A stretch of DNA of 39,066 nt, taken from IMG/VR virus record IMGVR_UViG_3300011338_000235, positions 1 to 39,066 of that record. One strand, 5' to 3'. Source of the stretch: a virus. Taxonomy: Duplodnaviria; Caudoviricetes. Every line of letters begins with the position of its first letter. The first letter of the stretch is position 1. The position numbers and the translations under genes are program-made. Below the pieces are notes generated by a model. That model searched no databases, was not told the DNA's origin, and was given only the letters and a program-made list of their open reading frames with translations. Below, piece after piece: positions 33,501 to 39,066 of this stretch.

Positions 33501-35153
33501 TCAACTTGACGTTGGACTTAACACCAACTCAGCGCCCATAATGGCGATCTTTACTGGGTCAGTACCGCTGACCTCGTAGACCCGATCCCTAGACGAACCA
33601 AGCCGCCGCCAGAACGTGCGGTATCCAAACTCACCAATCTTGCCCATGCTAGTCCAATGCTCACTTGACCAGGTGTGACCGCTATCGTCGCTCCAGCGCA
33701 GCATAACCTGCGGGTTGTAGCCTGGTGTGGCTAGGAATGATTCGGTGACAATATCCGCGCCGTCAATGTCTGGGCCGGTGTAGGCAAAAGTCACCAAGTT
33801 CTCACCCGGCAAGCCCAAAGACGGTTCAGTGATGATTTCAAGGCCCGACTCGGTTGCCAGATATTCCCAATCAAACTCAGCAATCAGTTGGTAGCTTGGC
33901 CCTGCTGGTGGGACGTTTGCCGACTCAGTAAGGATGCCGTCAGCAGTTTGTTCTGGCGTGACGCCCAGCCCTACGCCTGTTTCAGCGTCAAGTTGCAAGG
34001 TGTGGTGGGCTGTGCGTTTTAGGTTGTTCTGGCCTGACGGCAGCGCCCTCCATGAGCGTAGCCACTTTTGGATGCCGCCGTTGTCTGCGTACACATCCAA
34101 GTCAAAGGCATAGATGTTGCCGTTAACGTAATCACCAACCAAAATCTCACTGTTGAACGCTATCTGGCAGTTTGACCTGTGGCGCATGAACAGGCCGTTG
34201 TCAAACCCAGCACGTTCGTGCCACGCCTGCGTAGACACATCGTAGACCCAAGTGGCGTTGCCGGTGGGAAATGTCAGGACGTAGAAAGCATGGCCTTCTT
34301 GCTGGTAAGTGTAGGCAATAGCGTCAGAAATGTCGCCGTACTGGGCAATGGCAAACTCAATGGCGTGGGTGCTGACCCGAGTGCCGGTGTAGCCATTGGC
34401 CCGGTAAACGATGCCTTGGCCTCGCGCATCTGCGCCTAGCCAGAAGATGCCGTTGTCCAGCTTGGCAACAGAGAAGGTTGCAGCGCAGCCAATCTCATTG
34501 AACGCGCCCTGAATGCGGGTCATGGGGAAGTCGGCAGCGCCAGAGTCGTACCAGACCTCGACTGAGTTAGTGCCAAACAGCCAAATCTGCCCGTGGTCAA
34601 TGATCATACTGACCAAACCGTCAGGCGAACCCTCGGCACTGGCAAAGTCAAGCGGGTCAACGGAAGATCCATCTAGCAGTTGCGTTACCCAGAATACCTG
34701 GCTGTTTGGTTGGATGAAGACAAAGTAACCGTCCAAGTAGCCAACTACCAACGCGCCAGCAAAATCAACGTCTGTGATCTGGGCAAAGACTGCCGTGCTG
34801 CTGTTGTAAATGTACCCCGGCCCATTGGCTGCGATAAACAACTGAGTGCCGTTGTCGCTCATGCTGACCGGGCCAGTGCCTGCTACCGTGCCGCGCAAGG
34901 TGGCTACATAGGCCGTGGTGAGGCTGTAGAGTTCCGTGCCACTAACCACATAGGCAATGCCGTTAAACGTCCACAAGCCCCGTATTGGCCCTGTCCCAAC
35001 CGTCACCAGCAAGTCAAGCCCAGGCGCTCGGTTCAGAAACCCGCCTGTCTCCCCTCCGTCTGGGACAATTTCTGGGAACAGGTTGACCATCCTGTTATCC
35101 GCAGCATTGACGCTACGGGCAACATAGGCCGAACCAAGGATAGGCGATTTCAT
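33501..35153 (-). CDS. Tail hub / packaged DNA stabilisation protein (P22 gp10-like)
   Basis: VSMSDNG, LDFASAEGSPD, IGCAA, YTYQQEGHAFYVLTFP, WHER, PQVMLRWSDDSGHTWS. Confidence 0.9.
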   Translation of the reverse strand: MKSPILGSAYVARSVNAADNRMVNLFPEIVPDGGETGGFLNRAPGLDLLVTVGTGPIRGLWTFNGIAYVVSGTELYSLTTAYVATLRGTVAGTGPVSMSDNGTQLFIAANGPGYIYNSSTAVFAQITDVDFAGALVVGYLDGYFVFIQPNSQVFWVTQLLDGSSVDPLDFASAEGSPDGLVSMIIDHGQIWLFGTNSVEVWYDSGAADFPMTRIQGAFNEIGCAATFSVAKLDNGIFWLGADARGQGIVYRANGYTGTRVSTHAIEFAIAQYGDISDAIAYTYQQEGHAFYVLTFPTGNATWVYDVSTQAWHERAGFDNGLFMRHRSNCQIAFNSEILVGDYVNGNIYAFDLDVYADNGGIQKWLRSWRALPSGQNNLKRTAHHTLQLDAETGVGLGVTPEQTADGILTESANVPPAGPSYQLIAEFDWEYLATESGLEIITEPSLGLPGENLVTFAYTGPDIDGADIVTESFLATPGYNPQVMLRWSDDSGHTWSSEHWTSMGKIGEFGYRTFWRRLGSSRDRVYEVSGTDPVKIAIMGAELVLSPTSS

Positions 35154-35752
35154 TAAGCAGCTACAGCTTTGATAACGGCAAAGTTAAAGACCGGCGTTTC
35201 AGTGGTCGTGCCGCCAGTAGTGCGAAATGTGAGATTAAAACTTCCTGCCGCCACTGCCGTCACCATCAAGTCGTACAGATCCGTTCCTGACTTTTGGTTC
35301 AAGATGATGACATCTGTTGCCGCTACAGTGCTGTTGGTCACGGTAAAGGTTGCCGCAGTCGTTGTTCCTGCTGCGCTAAATAAGGTGATTGCGCCTGTGG
35401 TCTTGTTTAGCGTCACACCTGTGGTTCGGCTGGTAAGTTGCGTTACAGCACCGCCTGCGCCTGTTGCGTAGCCTACGCCTGCCGTGCCAGATGAAGTGAT
35501 TGCAGCAGTTACTGCTAGGCTAGTCCCGGTGGCTGCACCAAGCACTGGTGTCACCATAACCATGCTGGTCGATGTGCAGGCCGAAATGACGCCACTGGCA
35601 ACCGTCCCCAAAGCTGGCGTCACCAATGCAGGGCTGGTGAACAACAGGGTCTTGCTGATGCTCTTGGTTGTGCCAGCTTGGACAAAAGGAACAATGTCAG
35701 CAGCGTTGATGACGGTAGCAACGGGCAGACCGGAGATGGCAACGGTAGTCAT
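35153..35752 (-). CDS. Thr/Ala-rich structural protein (its 5' part is also present at 1-137)
   Basis: ISGLP...VPFVQAGTT; GAVTQLTSRTTGVTLN; lies between the adaptor and gp10-like genes. Confidence 0.65.
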   Translation of the reverse strand: MTTVAISGLPVATVINAADIVPFVQAGTTKSISKTLLFTSPALVTPALGTVASGVISACTSTSMVMVTPVLGAATGTSLAVTAAITSSGTAGVGYATGAGGAVTQLTSRTTGVTLNKTTGAITLFSAAGTTTAATFTVTNSTVAATDVIILNQKSGTDLYDLMVTAVAAGSFNLTFRTTGGTTTETPVFNFAVIKAVAA

Positions 35753-35754
35753 AA

Positions 35755-36468
35755 TTAAAAGTTCCCAGCGTAGATGTTGTAGCGTTGACGGTTGGCGACT
35801 ATGCCGTAGGGCATTGCCATCACATCGTCAGGATTGTTGATGCGCTTGATGTTGCGCTTAGAGGTCATGGCAATGCGCGAGACTTGGGGGCTTGGCTCGA
35901 CGCCAAACTCAGCGGCAATCTCACAAGCTAGATTGAACCTGAAGGCTCGTAGATAACCTGGTGGAAACGACAGCGTAGTTGCCAGCACTGCGGGTTGCGT
36001 CAGTTCCTCAACCGAGACAAAGTGCCATTCCAGCGGTGAAGTTGGCACAGGGTATACCGTCATCGTAATGTCGGGGTAGCCCATGTTGACATACAGCACT
36101 TGCGGGTAGGTGCTGGTCGTGTTTTTGACAGCAATGCCGTTGTACTGCTGCTCGTTGATTATTTTGATGCCATACGAAGTACCGTTTGAGGTATCTTTAT
36201 AGTAAGTAGCATCGTCAACCAAAACAGGCCGGTTGCCCACAAAGTTACCTGTTGGGCCTAACGTGCGTGTAGCTTGATTTACAGGCCAAGTGAACACTTG
36301 GTCTTGCGTAGTGAACACCGACAAACGCTCAGTGTTCCATGAGTCAATCATCTGATTCATTGCCGACAGTGCGTCAGCGGATGTTGCTGCTGAAGGTGTC
36401 TCAGCCTCTGCCAACATCCCAATCAGGCGCAATGCCCCGTTTATCTGGTCGCCAGCAGATGTGGTCAT
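35755..36468 (-). CDS. Head-tail adaptor (repeat copy)
   Basis: Translation identical to 140-853. Confidence 0.7.
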   Translation of the reverse strand: MTTSAGDQINGALRLIGMLAEAETPSAATSADALSAMNQMIDSWNTERLSVFTTQDQVFTWPVNQATRTLGPTGNFVGNRPVLVDDATYYKDTSNGTSYGIKIINEQQYNGIAVKNTTSTYPQVLYVNMGYPDITMTVYPVPTSPLEWHFVSVEELTQPAVLATTLSFPPGYLRAFRFNLACEIAAEFGVEPSPQVSRIAMTSKRNIKRINNPDDVMAMPYGIVANRQRYNIYAGNF

Positions 36469-36470
36469 AC

Positions 36471-36665
36471 CTATGCTCCTACGTCAACAACCTCAACTCG
36501 GGGTGGCCTGCCACGGGGACGTTTCATTTCGTTCACCGTGACAGGCTCGTCTACCGCATCTACATCAAACCTCACCCAGCCGTTTTTTTCGTCATAAACG
36601 GCTTCTGCTTCCATACACGCAACTTTTGTCCCATGCACGGGGTGACGTAAGTAAATGACTGCCAT
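36471..36665 (-). CDS. Small hypothetical protein (repeat copy)
   Basis: Translation identical to 856-1050. Confidence 0.7.
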   Translation of the reverse strand: MAVIYLRHPVHGTKVACMEAEAVYDEKNGWVRFDVDAVDEPVTVNEMKRPRGRPPRVEVVDVGA

Positions 36666-36670
36666 CTAGC

Positions 36671-37078
36671 TTACTTCAAAAAGGCCGAGTAAGCAGCATC
36701 GCCAGTTTTCACAAAACGGTAGGTGTGTGCGCCATGACGGCCCACGGTTACCGAACCAAAAATTGTGATACCTGTGCCGGTTGTGACCGGAACAGTAGAA
36801 GAAGCACCAGAGTTGTTGTCGTTGCAAATAGTTAGATCAAAAGACGAACCAACTTTTGCGCTTGTGATAGCTGCGTCAAGCAACGCTGCGGTAGGCAGCG
36901 TTACAGTCAACGTAGCATCCGAGGATTTTTTGCAAACAACCAAACCAACTGCCACTTGATCCGCAGTCAAAGTTGTGTCGCCGGTCAAAGTAGCTGGGAT
37001 GGTTTGAACCCCCATTACTGCTTCAAGTAGGTTGCCGTCACCAAGTTGTTGACCGCCTGCACCATTAGGGAGAGCCAT
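36671..37078 (-). CDS. Putative decoration protein (repeat copy)
   Basis: Translation identical to 1056-1463. Confidence 0.6.
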   Translation of the reverse strand: MALPNGAGGQQLGDGNLLEAVMGVQTIPATLTGDTTLTADQVAVGLVVCKKSSDATLTVTLPTAALLDAAITSAKVGSSFDLTICNDNNSGASSTVPVTTGTGITIFGSVTVGRHGAHTYRFVKTGDAAYSAFLK

Positions 37079-37104
37079 GATAATTTCCTTTCAAATGAGT
37101 TAGA

Positions 37105-38316
37105 TCAACCCCACAGACGGCAAGCCATCTGAGGACGAATAGTGCTAAAACCGTAGAGTACGTCAATACGGCAAGGCATACGGTCGTTGTTGATGTCGTA
37201 ATCACGAATAATACGCAAACTAATACCGTTATGCACCGCACGAGCAGCCATATCTACGCCGGTTGGCAAGACCAAATCTGCCGTAGCAAACGCAATGGCG
37301 TCCTTGTGGTAGATCATGTTTTGCGGATAGGCAGTAGATGCTGTACCAACAAAGGTCACGGCAGCGTTATCAGCGGGGAAGCTGTTAACGGTAGCCAAGG
37401 CGCTTGTGCTGGTGTAGATCGGTGGGCTGATTGCCATGTTTGCCAAAGCATTGCTAACGCCAGTTTGTGCGGCGGTCACAACAAATTGCTGTAGCGAACC
37501 AGTTGACTCACGGGTCTGTGGGTTAACTGCAAACACGTTTGCAATCGTAAACACATCACCAACAGTCACTGTGTCAGTCGCACCAGTAAGGCCGTCAATG
37601 CTGATGGTCGATTGGCCTTGGGTGCTAACAGCACCGTTAACCAAAATCGTACCAGCACGAGAGCCGGTGGTGTGAACCTTGATGGATTGGCTCATGTTGA
37701 TTTCGTCAAAGCCCAACACGCCAGTACCCATCATGCCGTTCTTAAACTGTTTGCTGATGGTGTCGGTGGGATTAAAGAAACCAGACAGGCCGTTGACCAA
37801 GCCAGCGTTAGCAGCAGGGTTGACGGTAGCGTAGCGAGGAGCCATACCAGCAGCCGATTCGTTGAGTTTCTGCTGCGCTTGCAACAGAACCAAAGCGGTA
37901 GCGGGAGAAGTGCCGGGAGTGCCTACGGTGTTGAAAATGGCTTTGTAGGCATTAGCAACGTCAGCGTCAATGCTGGAGGCCAACTGCGAGATACGGGGCT
38001 TGAGAACCCGCTCTGCAAAGTCATCCAACTGCAAAGTCAACTCAGCGGTGGTGAAGTTTACACCAATGTGCTTTTGGGTAGAAACCGTCAGCGTGGTGCT
38101 TTGCTCGGCATCGTCCTGCACTTGCAGGGCTGCACCGTCAGTCACCAGAGCGCGATCAGGCAGGCGGATACGCAGGGTAGAGCCGATTTTGGCACCGTTA
38201 ACAGCAAAGCTGTCATCGTACTGTCGGTTCACGTTGCGGGTGATTACCAGGTTGTTCTCAAGAATCTCAAGAGCCTTCCGAGTAATCATGTCAATGGTAA
38301 GAATACTGTTAGCCAC
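37105..38316 (-). CDS. Major capsid protein (repeat copy)
   Basis: Translation identical to 1490-2701. Confidence 0.93.
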   Translation of the reverse strand: MANSILTIDMITRKALEILENNLVITRNVNRQYDDSFAVNGAKIGSTLRIRLPDRALVTDGAALQVQDDAEQSTTLTVSTQKHIGVNFTTAELTLQLDDFAERVLKPRISQLASSIDADVANAYKAIFNTVGTPGTSPATALVLLQAQQKLNESAAGMAPRYATVNPAANAGLVNGLSGFFNPTDTISKQFKNGMMGTGVLGFDEINMSQSIKVHTTGSRAGTILVNGAVSTQGQSTISIDGLTGATDTVTVGDVFTIANVFAVNPQTRESTGSLQQFVVTAAQTGVSNALANMAISPPIYTSTSALATVNSFPADNAAVTFVGTASTAYPQNMIYHKDAIAFATADLVLPTGVDMAARAVHNGISLRIIRDYDINNDRMPCRIDVLYGFSTIRPQMACRLWG

Positions 38317-38337
38317 GATTTTTCCTTAGAAAATAAA

Positions 38338-39066
38338 TTAAAACTTTCGCGCCTGCAACGCTTTCATTTGTCGCGCTCTGTCGGCCTCAATCCACTGGCT
38401 GGTACTCATGGTCTTGATAGACCGTGGGTCAGTTGTGTCGAAAGACCCAGAACCCACCCCTCGGGCGGTGACTGGTGAAATCGGCTCAGGCGCACCAGAA
38501 GTACGCTTTTGAACGGGGTTCTCGGCTAACTTAGCCTCAAGTCGTCCAATCTCTTTAGCCTGCAAAATAGGCGCTAGTCGAGAAATACGATCTGCCTCTT
38601 TCGGATTTGAGCCAAGGTGATAAACCAAGTCAGGCCCAATTTCCGACGATTGAATCGTCTGTGCCATCACGGTTGTAATCTTGAGGCTGGGGTTGTAGGC
38701 AACTTGTTCAAAGTCGCTGTACTTAGACCTAGCCGTTTCTTCACGCTCGTGATACCCGTCAAGAATCTCAGCTTGCTGTTTTTGGAGTTCCCGCTGCTCA
38801 ATCAGTTTGTAAGCCTTGGCCTCTGCGTAAGCATCGACCGACTCAAACTGATCTTGCGGGGGTAAGTCCACTGCCACTGCTGGCGCAGGCTGTCGCTCTC
38901 GTTCCCACTTTCGCTGCTCTCTTGCGAGGCGTTTACCAATAGCGGCGTCAAGTTCCTCTTGCGAGAATGTCTTAGCTGCTACTTCCGGCGTTTCAACTAC
39001 AGGTTCTGGAGTAACCGCCGTGGTTTCCAGTTCCGGCGCGGGGGCTAATTCCGCTACTTGCTCTAC
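38338..39066 (-). CDS. Scaffolding protein (repeat copy, variant allele, 5' end cut by the window edge)
   Basis: Same frame as 2723-3460 with three amino-acid changes (A>S, D>E, R>K). Confidence 0.85.
   Translation of the reverse strand, partial: VEQVAELAPAPELETTAVTPEPVVETPEVAAKTFSQEELDAAIGKRLAREQRKWERERQPAPAVAVDLPPQDQFESVDAYAEAKAYKLIEQRELQKQQAEILDGYHEREETARSKYSDFEQVAYNPSLKITTVMAQTIQSSEIGPDLVYHLGSNPKEADRISRLAPILQAKEIGRLEAKLAENPVQKRTSGAPEPISPVTARGVGSGSFDTTDPRSIKTMSTSQWIEADRARQMKALQARKF

Larger units (their letters stand above)
35616..39066. repeat. Direct terminal repeat, right copy
   Basis: Copy of 1-3451 with 15 substitutions, all within the scaffold gene. Confidence 0.98.

Noticed and set aside
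35616-39066. Genuine second capsid/scaffold locus (gene duplication)
   Set aside because: The copy begins and ends mid-gene, exactly at the window edges, as expected for circular permutation or overlap.
1-39066. Integrase, repressor, tRNA, DNA methyltransferase, alternative genetic code
   Set aside because: No matching motifs seen. Genes are intact and tightly coupled under the standard code with all three stop codons in use.

Overview
An apparently complete tailed-phage genome with a unit length of 35,615 bp. Bases 1-3451 are repeated at 35616-39066, either as terminal redundancy or as a circular assembly overlap. The virion module is P22-like podovirus: terS, terL, portal, tailspike/fibre block, scaffold, coat, gp4/gp10/gp26-like tail proteins, three ejection-like proteins and an M15 endolysin/holin cassette, all on the minus strand. 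The replication module is APSE-like: RepB-type primase-helicase, family A DNA polymerase, putative SSB, DUF2800 Cas4-like nuclease, VRR-NUC and SNF2 helicase. There are two free-standing HNH genes and two runs of small accessory genes. I see no integrase, CI-like repressor, partition genes, tRNA or CRISPR array. The host is probably a betaproteobacterium (inference from gene content and motifs). The most unusual part is the ~860 bp non-coding control region (11700-12562) and the early operon behind it. It contains a 26-unit GCAGCC(A/GG) array, GTGTGGGCAGT iteron-like repeats in both orientations around an AT-rich core, a near-consensus LexA SOS box in that core, recurring leader hairpins, and a first early gene encoding a 7-Cys Fe-S/radical-SAM-like protein. 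All family calls come from motif recognition by eye, not from database searches.
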